DNA from: a candidate division WOR-3 bacterium
Lineage (GTDB): Bacteria; Hydrothermota; Hydrothermia; Hydrothermales; JAJRUZ01
Length of the DNA: 64,000 nucleotides
Direction: 5' to 3'
NCBI GenBank assembly: GCA_024277525.1
Contig: JAJRUZ010000058.1
Location: 2,767 to 66,766, forward strand
Shown: piece by piece, positions 38,455 to 47,196 of the stretch
Position numbering within the stretch: the stretch's first letter is position 1
How the letters are laid out: each line of letters opens with the position of its first letter
Translations under genes and position numbers: made by a program
The notes under the pieces: model-generated
What the model was told of the DNA's origin: nothing
Database searches by the model: none
Seen by the model: only the letters and a program-made list of their open reading frames with translations

Positions 38455-39299
38455 ATGTTTACATCCTTGCTCATGAAATAGGGGAAAGGAATGTTTTTAA
38501 ATATGAGAATTTAAAAAAAGCAGAAAATTATATAAGGGAGGAATTAAAAAAATTAAATTTTGATTTAAATGAAATATTTTACAAATCTTACGGTTTTGAT
38601 GTTTGCATATTTGAAATTAAAAGAAAAATTTTAAAAGGCAAAAAAATTTTTATTATCGGCGCGCATTATGATACGGTTATGGGTTCTCCTGGTGCCGATG
38701 ATAATGCAAGCGGTGTAAGTTTATTGCTTGAAATAGCAAAGTTTTTTTCCGATAAAGATTTAAATATTGACTTAAGATTTTTATTTTTCCCGAATGAGGA
38801 GCCCCCTTTTTTTGAGACAAAAGAAATGGGTTCGGTGGTTTATGTGAATGAAATATTAAAAAGAGAGGAAAAAGTGGAATTAATGATTTGTTTGGAATCA
38901 ATCGGGTATTTCAGGGAAGAAGAAAAAACCCAGGAATATCCTTTTCCTTTAAATTTATTTTATCCTGATAAAGGGAATTTCATAGGTATTGTGAGTAATT
39001 TAAAATCAAAAAGGTGGATGAAAAAGTTGGTGGAAGTATTTAAAAGGAAAACTAATATTCCTGTTCAGTATATTGCTTTTCCGCCCGTAATCCCCGGAAT
39101 GACCTTTTCCGACCACTCTGCCTTCTGGAAAGCAGGATTCAACGCACTTATGATAACCGATACCGCTTATTTAAGGAACCCGAATTATCATACCGAATTT
39201 GACCTCCCCGAAACACTTGATTATAATAAATTATATGAGGTTTTTAAAGGACTTGAAATTTTTTTAAAAAAATTGTATAATATAAAACATAAAAGGTGA
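38455..39299 (+). CDS. M28 family metallopeptidase; ATG at 38455 is out of frame with the body (T-run 38458-38460)
   Basis: Body frame: HVYILAHEIGERN...IIGAHYDTVMGSPGADDNASGVSLLLE, a classic M28 zinc-site motif. The only upstream ATG (38455) is in frame 1. One extra T gives MFYILAHEIGERN. Confidence 0.7.
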
Positions 39300-39348
39300 T
39301 ATACAAATTGTAGGGGTCCGAATCCCCTTAACCAGAGGAGTATAAAAT

Positions 39349-42186
39349 ATGGTAAAACTCCTCCTAATAATGCTTTTTAGCGGAGTATCAAATGAGAGCA
39401 TCCCCATCAGTATGGTGGGATTAAGGTTTGACCCGTTGAAGGACGGAGAACCTGTGATACCTGCTGCTTTGAAGGCTGAGGAGAAGGGAACTTGTCTTTA
39501 CATTGTTCAGTTTACAGGTCCCATCAGGCAGGAGTGGAAACAAGCCTTAAAGAATAAGGGGGTAGAAGTCTACGGTTATATTCCTTATTATGCTGTATTT
39601 GCGAGGATGGATGCAAGTAAGAAGAAAGAAGTTTCGTCTCTTCCTTTTGTGAGGTGGGTCGGACTTTTTCATCCTTATTATAAAATTTCTCCGAAGGTAT
39701 TGAATCCTGAGCCTATAAAAGAATCGCGCGGGACGCTTATAAAGGGAAAGGGATGGAAGCATTATGAGGATCCTTTATATGTTGATGCTCCGAATTTAAA
39801 GAGTTATGTTTTATATGGTCTTCCTTATGTTGATTGGTCATCTGTTGCGGTGCAGGTAATGGGCTTAGGAGGCGAAGTGAAGAAGGTTGAGGGAATATTT
39901 CCCGGTAGAATGATAATATGGGCTCCTCCTTCTGTAATAAATGACCTTGCAAAGATTGACGGAATTTATTACATTTATCCTTATCATCCAAAAACTTTTC
40001 TTAATAATACCACCAAATATGTTATACAAAGTTACATATTGACAGTTGGTCCTGATGACTGGCCTGATGCAACCGCGGATACGGTTCTTTCCGGAGCATT
40101 GCCCATTTGGGACCATAATATAAAGGGGCAGAAACAGCTTGTTACGGTAATGGACACAGGGGTTGATGATGCTTCTTGTTGGTTTGTTGACCCTCTTGGG
40201 AATCCTATAGGTCCAAATCATATAGTGCTCAGACAATACACAGATGAGGGTGGAGATTTAATAGATGACCAGACTTGCGGACATGGAACACATGTTGCAG
40301 GAACCGTGGCGGGAGATCCGACACGTGGAACTGGAGGAGTAGGAGAGCCAGGATTTGACTATGCAGGAAATGCTTACATGGCAAAAATATATGTTCAAGA
40401 TATTGGATATGCAAGAGGAACATCGTGTGTATTAAATATTTTATCTTTTGCTACTTCTGCTCAAGTTGCCCATGATACCGTACCACTGGCAAACCATAGC
40501 GGTGCAAGAATTCACACAAATTCATGGGGATATGGAAGCACAACAGCAGGAGATTATAATTATGAAGCAATAGATGTAGATGCTCTTAGTTTTTTACTCC
40601 CGTATCAAGATTTTCTTTTCACTTTTGCAGCAGGAAATGATGGCCCGGCTGACAGTTCGGTGACACCCCCCTCAACTGCAAAGAATTGTATTTCAGTGGG
40701 TTCAACATACAGGTATAGTTATGATTCAAATTCGGATACATTATCTGCTTTTTCGTCAAGGGGACCTACGGATGATAACAGGTTCAAGCCTGATTTAACT
40801 GCACCCGGTGGAAGATATACAGAAGACCCAGTTACTCCTTACAGGGGAGATTGGAGGGAGTTCATTCTTTCTGCATATCCCAATAGTGCAACATCAACTT
40901 GCGTAAGCGCCGGAATGATGGGAACTTCAATGGCAACACCTGCGATGGCGGCTGCTGCTGCAATGGTGAGGCAGTATTATGAAAAGGGATTTTATCCATC
41001 CGGTGATTCCTCTGCTGTTGATTCATTTAATCCTTCCGCAGCGCTTGTTAAAGCTACACTTATTGTTTCAGCAGAAGATATGAAAGCGGATAGTGCCGGA
41101 ATAGATCATTCCATTCCTAATTTTGAAGAAGGTTTCGGAAGAATAAAGCTTGACAGTGCTTTGTATTTTTTGGGGGACCTAACGAAGTTGCTTGTTCAGG
41201 ATACAAGGATAGAGACAAATTTGGTCTGGATCATCGGAGACCCCACAACCCCTACTTATGAGCAAAAACCTTTGGATGCTCCTCGTTTGTTAACTACAGG
41301 GGATGCTGATACTTTTGGGATTGAGGTGCTTTCTGATACTGTGCCCTTCAAAATCGCGCTTGTCTGGAATGATACAGCAGCAGCTGCGCTTGCTGCTGTT
41401 ACCCTTATTAATGACCTTGACTTAATAGTAATAGACCCTGCTGGGGTTGAATATCACGGTAACGATCTTACGAATGGACAATCAAATCCCGGTAGTGTGG
41501 TCTTTGACAGAAGAAACAATGTTGAAATTTTCCAAGACACGCTCCCCGCGGTAGGGACATGGCTTGTAATAGTGAGTGCATTTCAGGTTGCAACATCTCA
41601 ACCCCAACCTTATGCAATTGCTGCGATAGGAGATATTGCATGGGCAAATATTGTTGGTATTAAGGAATGCTGGGTATCTGCCTATGTTAAATCGGATGGA
41701 ATACTTTTGAAATGGACTGGAAATGAGAAGTCTTTATATAAAATTGAAAGAAAAACAGAAGGTGAAAAGGACTTTATAAAAATTGCAGAAGTGCGGGCTA
41801 CGGAATATCTCGATAAAGATGTGAAGGAGGGATTTATATATGAATATAAAGTTTTTAAAGGAAAGAAACTCATAGGTAAAGTAAAGGTCACATTTAAAGG
41901 TCTAAAAACACAGCTTTATGCTCCGAAACCTTCCTTCTTAAAAGCAGGGGAAAAGATTCAGATTTCATACACACTTGCAAAAGACGCCTTTGTTGTTTTT
42001 AAGGTTTATAATACCGCGGGAAGACTTGTAAGAACTATTACACTCGGAAAACAAAAACGCGGATTTCACTCAATAGATTTTGACGGAAGGGATAATAAAG
42101 GCAGACTGTTACCTCCCGGTAAATACTTCTACCGAATGTTTGCGGGAAAGATAACAAAACAGAAACACTTTGTTATTGTTGAATAA
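39349..42186 (+). CDS. Subtilisin-like S8 serine peptidase with T9SS C-terminal sorting domain
   Basis: 945 aa. Signal peptide. Catalytic triad motifs VMDTGVDD (Asp), CGHGTHVAGTVAG (His) and GTSMATPAMAAAAAMV (Ser). C-terminal roughly 80 aa (FKVYNTAGRLVRTITL...GKYFYRMFAGKI...FVIVE) is por-secretion-tail-like. Confidence 0.85.
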   Translation: MVKLLLIMLFSGVSNESIPISMVGLRFDPLKDGEPVIPAALKAEEKGTCLYIVQFTGPIRQEWKQALKNKGVEVYGYIPYYAVFARMDASKKKEVSSLPFVRWVGLFHPYYKISPKVLNPEPIKESRGTLIKGKGWKHYEDPLYVDAPNLKSYVLYGLPYVDWSSVAVQVMGLGGEVKKVEGIFPGRMIIWAPPSVINDLAKIDGIYYIYPYHPKTFLNNTTKYVIQSYILTVGPDDWPDATADTVLSGALPIWDHNIKGQKQLVTVMDTGVDDASCWFVDPLGNPIGPNHIVLRQYTDEGGDLIDDQTCGHGTHVAGTVAGDPTRGTGGVGEPGFDYAGNAYMAKIYVQDIGYARGTSCVLNILSFATSAQVAHDTVPLANHSGARIHTNSWGYGSTTAGDYNYEAIDVDALSFLLPYQDFLFTFAAGNDGPADSSVTPPSTAKNCISVGSTYRYSYDSNSDTLSAFSSRGPTDDNRFKPDLTAPGGRYTEDPVTPYRGDWREFILSAYPNSATSTCVSAGMMGTSMATPAMAAAAAMVRQYYEKGFYPSGDSSAVDSFNPSAALVKATLIVSAEDMKADSAGIDHSIPNFEEGFGRIKLDSALYFLGDLTKLLVQDTRIETNLVWIIGDPTTPTYEQKPLDAPRLLTTGDADTFGIEVLSDTVPFKIALVWNDTAAAALAAVTLINDLDLIVIDPAGVEYHGNDLTNGQSNPGSVVFDRRNNVEIFQDTLPAVGTWLVIVSAFQVATSQPQPYAIAAIGDIAWANIVGIKECWVSAYVKSDGILLKWTGNEKSLYKIERKTEGEKDFIKIAEVRATEYLDKDVKEGFIYEYKVFKGKKLIGKVKVTFKGLKTQLYAPKPSFLKAGEKIQISYTLAKDAFVVFKVYNTAGRLVRTITLGKQKRGFHSIDFDGRDNKGRLLPPGKYFYRMFAGKITKQKHFVIVE

Positions 42187-42222
42187 AGGTAAGAGATAAT
42201 ATACCTTTACAAGGTTAATCAG

Positions 42223-43116
42223 ATGATGGGTATATTTTTAATATTTTTTATATTTTTCCCCAGGATAGATGTATTTCCGAGGGTGCATGATGTGGGAAAA
42301 ATATATGAAGGAGAATTAATAAGAGAAGTATTTAAAATAGTGAATACAGGAGATGATACACTTAAAATAGAAAAAGTCGGCACAACCTGTTATTGCACAG
42401 CTGCCCTTCTGGACAGGGATTATGTTATAAAAGGAGATACTTTAAAAATGCTTGTTACCGTGGATACAAAAAACAGGGAAGGAGAAATAGAGGAACAAAT
42501 ATTTGTTAAAACAAATGACCCTTATGAGCCCGTTGTGCGCTTAAAGGTTATTGCTACCGTCATTCCGAAACCGAAGCCGGAGATAGAAACTCCCGAAGTT
42601 GTTAATGCAGGCTTTCTTTATGTAGGGGAAACAGTAAATATTCCTTTAACAATAAAGAATCCTGGTCTTGCTGACCTTATAATACCGAGGGTGGTCTCTT
42701 CACTCAGTTGTGACGTTATTGCAGATTTTCCGTTGGTCGTGCCCCCCGGAAAGAAAAAAATTGTGACACTTCAAATAAAGCCTTTTAAACCGGGTGTTCT
42801 GAATGAAGAAATTCGGCTTGTAACCAACATTCGTTATTATCCCTATCATCGCATAAAAGTCACGGGAACGGTAAGAAAATCCTCCTCGGTTGTCTTTTTA
42901 CCTTTTGTTTTTGATAAAATAAATGATACCCTGTATCTTATAAACCAGACTCAGAATCCTCTTTATATTGAAAATCTTAGCATTACCGATGATATTGTTA
43001 TTAACTCATCCAAAATTGCTCCGAAAGGGACCTTGAAAGTTTTTATCCCGATTGAGAAATTACCGAAAAAAGGTGAAATAAAGCTTAATTTGCGTTTGCC
43101 TTATGAAAAAGAATAA
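42223..43116 (+). CDS. DUF1573-like (Ig-like fold) protein, two tandem domains
   Basis: 297 aa. N-terminal hydrophobic segment. Domain 1 has VHDVGKIYEGE...FKIVNTGDDTLKIEKVGTTCYCT and domain 2 has GFLYVGETVNIPLTIKNPGLADLIIPRVVSSLSCDV. These match the F-x-F-x-N-x-G…L-x-I…SCGCT pattern of DUF1573. Confidence 0.55.
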   Translation: MMGIFLIFFIFFPRIDVFPRVHDVGKIYEGELIREVFKIVNTGDDTLKIEKVGTTCYCTAALLDRDYVIKGDTLKMLVTVDTKNREGEIEEQIFVKTNDPYEPVVRLKVIATVIPKPKPEIETPEVVNAGFLYVGETVNIPLTIKNPGLADLIIPRVVSSLSCDVIADFPLVVPPGKKKIVTLQIKPFKPGVLNEEIRLVTNIRYYPYHRIKVTGTVRKSSSVVFLPFVFDKINDTLYLINQTQNPLYIENLSITDDIVINSSKIAPKGTLKVFIPIEKLPKKGEIKLNLRLPYEKE

Positions 43117-43121
43117 ATAAT

Positions 43122-44789
43122 TTGCTTAAAAAAATAGTTTCTTATCTTGAAGAGAAAGCGGAGAAAATTAATGAGATTAATCTTTTATTTTATGTCTTTT
43201 CTTTTCTTTATTTAAGACAACTTTTAGAGACAGCTTTGGCATGGAACATGAGAATAGGAACATCTCTAATTTTCTGGAACGGGGTTCGTCTTTTGCTGTT
43301 AGATTATCCCATTTTTTATTTGAATGCCTTTTTGCTTATTGCTCTTTTAGTCTCTTGGTTTCTTAAAGAAGACAGAATCAAAATATTAAAACTTGTTTTT
43401 CTTTTCACTCCATGGGTCTTATTCCCTCCTCTCTGGGATTTTTTAATTCACGGTGGAGGATTCAAATACTATTACATTATTAAAACCGAAGAAGTTTTAA
43501 AAAGTTTATTAAAAGACCCTTGGACCCAGTACGGACTGGGGTTCTCTCAGGGACAGTTTATTGAAATCGCAGGAGCCTCTGTTTTCGGTTCCCTTTATAT
43601 TTATTTAAAAAATAAAAAATTGAAAGCCCTTTTATTTTTACCTCTACCTTTCTTAGGGATTGTACTTCTCGGCTCGCCTTTTTATATTTCTTTAAAATTA
43701 TTCGGAAAAATGGTCTTCGGAAGAGGAGGATTTCTTTATTATAACTTAGATAAAGTTCTTATATATAACATCATTTTACTTATCATACTTTCGGGATTTT
43801 TTCAGAATTTTTCTATTTTAAGACTCAATTTTAAATTTACTCCTCTGGTATTTTTTCTCATATTCGGATGGATAACAGCCTGGCATAAGACCGATTTCTG
43901 GTCCCTTTCCTTTTTTGATGCCTTTTCCCTTCCTTTAATGATTTTTGTTTTACTTATAGAACGCAATTCCGTTTTATCATGGTTTATTTCCCTTTCCATT
44001 TCTTTTGCCTTAGAACAGGTTCCTTTCATATTTTTAACCGGGTATTTTCTTTTTGAATTAGCCTCTATTGATAAAAATATCAAAGAAGGATTACTTTCTT
44101 TGTTTGCCTTTTATGCAGGAGCAGGTTTTTTTCTTAAAACAAGGGTTCACTTCGCATATCCCTTTTATTATCCATTTGTTATTTCTTTATTATGGGTCAT
44201 CTTTTCTAAATTTTTTCAGAAATACAAGTGGGTCTGTATACTTTTACTTTTTACAGGATTTTTATTCAAAAAAAGTTCTATTTTCAAACCTTTTCCTTAT
44301 ATGACCCTTCTTGAAGAAATAGAATATAAATATACTCTCACCCAGGACCCTGCATATTTATACGACTTATGGAGTTTGTATATGAAAATAGGGAAATTAA
44401 AAAAAGCAAATGAACTAACAAAATCTTTCCCCTTTGAATATTCTCCTGCTGATTATTACGGTAAAAAAGCAGATATATCTTTATTAAAAGGAGATGTCTT
44501 ATTAGCAGAGCAAGAGGCACTTAAATCATTACCCCTGGGCAATCCTTTCGCCCTTTTAACACTCGGGCATGTTTATTATATTAAAAATGATTTAGAAAAG
44601 GCTTTGAAATATTTGAAAAGAGCACATTCCTTGAAATTAAATCCTGAAAGAAGTTTCTTTCTCTTAATAATGAGTTTTTTAAACAAAGGAGACACTGTTT
44701 CTGCTTTAAATACGCTGAAACGCATGGAAAAATGGAATCCAGAAAGTCCGGTTTATAAAAAATTGGCTGAGAAGATATTAATGAAATAA
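43122..44789 (+). CDS. Polytopic membrane protein with C-terminal TPR repeats (glycosyltransferase-39/TMTC-like architecture)
   Basis: 555 aa. TTG start. About 11-12 TM helices, then TPR-like repeats (…LLTLGHVYYIKNDLEKALKYLKRAHSLKLNPE…). Confidence 0.5.
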   Translation: MLKKIVSYLEEKAEKINEINLLFYVFSFLYLRQLLETALAWNMRIGTSLIFWNGVRLLLLDYPIFYLNAFLLIALLVSWFLKEDRIKILKLVFLFTPWVLFPPLWDFLIHGGGFKYYYIIKTEEVLKSLLKDPWTQYGLGFSQGQFIEIAGASVFGSLYIYLKNKKLKALLFLPLPFLGIVLLGSPFYISLKLFGKMVFGRGGFLYYNLDKVLIYNIILLIILSGFFQNFSILRLNFKFTPLVFFLIFGWITAWHKTDFWSLSFFDAFSLPLMIFVLLIERNSVLSWFISLSISFALEQVPFIFLTGYFLFELASIDKNIKEGLLSLFAFYAGAGFFLKTRVHFAYPFYYPFVISLLWVIFSKFFQKYKWVCILLLFTGFLFKKSSIFKPFPYMTLLEEIEYKYTLTQDPAYLYDLWSLYMKIGKLKKANELTKSFPFEYSPADYYGKKADISLLKGDVLLAEQEALKSLPLGNPFALLTLGHVYYIKNDLEKALKYLKRAHSLKLNPERSFFLLIMSFLNKGDTVSALNTLKRMEKWNPESPVYKKLAEKILMK

Positions 44790-44791
44790 AT

Positions 44792-47020
44792 TCATATAAT
44801 ATTTTTTAATTCCTCTGAATATTTTATTATCTGAAGGGCTTTCTTTTGGATTTGCCGAGCCAGATATACTTCATGATGATTTAAACATTCTTTTATAAAT
44901 TCAATAAATTTTTTTTCCATTTCAAATATAATTCCGAGTCTTACATCTTCACTCCACCGGTCATACATTTTTTTAAAAGGCTCTCCCCTGATAAGGGAGA
45001 ATGCTTTTAAGAATTCTTTCTTAGACGATTTCCAGTCATCTGCTCTTTTTAAATTTGCCCGTGAGATCCTCTGTTTAAACTCAGAATAATCAGTGGTGAA
45101 ATATATTCCTTTATTTATTAAAACCCGAACCCTTCCTCTCCAAGAGATTTTAATGAGGTGTCCGGGAATTTTTAATAATTTTTTCAGTCTAAATAAAACA
45201 GCAGATAAACTGCGTGAAGGTTTTAAACTGTTATACCAGAAATTATTATAGAGAGATTTAACAGGAATTTCTTTGCCGGGCTCTCCTGCTCTCAATACAA
45301 AATGAATAAGAAAAGCGGCATCCTTGGGATATAATTTTGCTTTTATGCGTTTATGGTTTTTATAAATGACTAAGGGTCCCAAGAATTTCAAGGTATATAC
45401 AGGTATTTTTTTGTTAAAGATAGGCAATTTCAGGATGAAATGGGGTAACCCTGTATCTTCACCTTTCTCAAGCAGTTTTATAACCGGTAAAGGAAAGAAA
45501 AATATGTTAAAATATATAACATCTTCATGTCCCTTTTGTTTTGCAAATTTTATAGCCTTTTTATAAAAACTCAATTTTCCTGTCCTCTGTGCTTCCCTGA
45601 GTAAGAACACAATATAGAGATGGGGTATTTTCTTTTCTTTGTTTGTAAAGGGAATGTTTTTATTCATCAAAAGAGCGCAATATAACATGTATTTTCGGAG
45701 TCCAAATTTCTCCATGAGCTCGTAATTCTGGTTAAGCAGTTCAATTGCTTGCTCTTCTTTATTAAGTGCTTTATATACAGAAGCCATTTTAAGAGAAGCT
45801 ACATTTATATAATGAAGATATTGAAGCCTATCAGAAAGGTCAAGGGTTTCGGCGAGATAATGCAAACACTCTTCCAAGTTTCCGCGAAAGAATGCACAGT
45901 TTGCTCTTGCAAGTGAGAGAGCCGAGCCGGAACCGACTAAATTTTTTTCTGCTTTTCTTATACATTTCTTTGCCTCATCAACCCTGCCTTTTCCGGAAAG
46001 GGAGACTGCAAGTTTTTGTAAAATAATCCCCCTCATTTCGCCCTTTTCTACTTTAAGGAGTCTTTTCAAAATATTTATATTTTCACCGCATTCCCTGAGG
46101 TGTGAATGAAAAGAAGCAATCGCGCGTTCATAAAAAGGATAAGGAAGAAGGGGAAGCAATTCTTTACATTTTGATAACATTTTATATGCTTTTTCCTCAT
46201 CACATAGAAAAGAGGCAGTGGCCCCGATATGAAAATAAAAAATGAATTTAAGAGCAGGCTCCTTTATTCCGGACATCTTTTTTTTGAGAAGAGGTAAAAG
46301 TTTTTCCAATTCCCTTATATTGCCCATCCAGTGAAGTGTAAGAATCTCCAAGAATAATGTTTTAAGCGCAGAATAGTTTAATCCCTTCTTTTCAAATTTT
46401 TTTCTTAAATTCTTCAATTTTTCATAATATTCGGGAAACGGAATCTCCCTGAATAAAATTGAAAGTTTATCAAATTTTCTTCGGTCCGAAAGGTATTCAT
46501 CCGGAATTTTCTTCAAAATCATAACTTTCGGACAGGATGGCAGATTACTGAGCAATAAACCGGCTTTTTCATAATCACCGTTTTTTACATATTCCTTTAC
46601 CTCCGAAACAATTTTCATTGACTCTGCTGTTTTTTCTCCGAAAAATTGATATGGATTTTCTCTACTCCTTCCCGTAAGTGCATATCGCTTCCATATATTC
46701 CATATCCCTTTTACTGAAATTTCAATTCCATCCTTTTTAAGAATTTCTCTTGCTTTTTTGATAGTTAAAGAGGGGTCCTTTTCTTTCAGAAACATAACCT
46801 TGTGTTCAATTTCATCAGATGTTCTGTTCCATGCTCTTTTATATATTCTCTTTCTTTTAAGCCCATCAATTCCGTTTTCTTTATACCATCTCACCCACCT
46901 GTGAACCGTTTGATAAGGAATTTTGAAAAAACGGGAAGTCTGTCTCAGAGCCTCTCCGTTTTTTAGATAATATTCTATTATTTTAATCCTTTTTTTAAAT
47001 AATTCATCCGTTTTGTTCAT
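44792..47020 (-). CDS. Chimeric transcriptional regulator: IS630/Tc1-type transposase paired HTH (no DDE domain), TPR-like helical region, then C-terminal OmpR-type winged helix plus BTAD (SARP-like)
   Basis: 742 aa. N-terminus ALRQTSRFFKIPYQTVHRWVRWYKENGIDGLKRK plus a second HTH. Middle region has TPR-like repeats. C-terminus has KLYPKDAAFLIHFVLRAGEPGKEIPVKSLYNNFW...LSAVLFRLKKLL (trans_reg_C-like) followed by a BTAD-like helical tail. Confidence 0.55.
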   Translation of the reverse strand: MNKTDELFKKRIKIIEYYLKNGEALRQTSRFFKIPYQTVHRWVRWYKENGIDGLKRKRIYKRAWNRTSDEIEHKVMFLKEKDPSLTIKKAREILKKDGIEISVKGIWNIWKRYALTGRSRENPYQFFGEKTAESMKIVSEVKEYVKNGDYEKAGLLLSNLPSCPKVMILKKIPDEYLSDRRKFDKLSILFREIPFPEYYEKLKNLRKKFEKKGLNYSALKTLFLEILTLHWMGNIRELEKLLPLLKKKMSGIKEPALKFIFYFHIGATASFLCDEEKAYKMLSKCKELLPLLPYPFYERAIASFHSHLRECGENINILKRLLKVEKGEMRGIILQKLAVSLSGKGRVDEAKKCIRKAEKNLVGSGSALSLARANCAFFRGNLEECLHYLAETLDLSDRLQYLHYINVASLKMASVYKALNKEEQAIELLNQNYELMEKFGLRKYMLYCALLMNKNIPFTNKEKKIPHLYIVFLLREAQRTGKLSFYKKAIKFAKQKGHEDVIYFNIFFFPLPVIKLLEKGEDTGLPHFILKLPIFNKKIPVYTLKFLGPLVIYKNHKRIKAKLYPKDAAFLIHFVLRAGEPGKEIPVKSLYNNFWYNSLKPSRSLSAVLFRLKKLLKIPGHLIKISWRGRVRVLINKGIYFTTDYSEFKQRISRANLKRADDWKSSKKEFLKAFSLIRGEPFKKMYDRWSEDVRLGIIFEMEKKFIEFIKECLNHHEVYLARQIQKKALQIIKYSEELKNII

Positions 47021-47196
47021 AAAAAGGCGGAAAATTATAAGGAGATTTCTTTAAAAAAATCAAATAAAAATTTAAATTGATGAAATCATTGAGCCACGAG
47101 CAAATCAGAGTATGTAAATAGCCCGATTTTATGAACAATTTGATTTATTATTTTTATATAAGGTTCAAATCCTTTTTAAATTTAGGAGAATTAAAA

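Noticed and set aside
39312-39328. Hairpin AGGGGTCCGAATCCCCT after the M28 peptidase gene, as a possible intrinsic terminator
   Set aside because: It is not followed by a T-run, and the RBS of the S8 protease gene follows immediately. It may be a stabilising stem-loop, but the evidence is too weak to annotate.
44792-47020. Considered calling the IS630-type HTH at the regulator N-terminus a transposase or mobile element
   Set aside because: It has no DDE catalytic domain and no terminal inverted repeats or TA duplication. Only the DNA-binding head is present, fused to regulatory domains.
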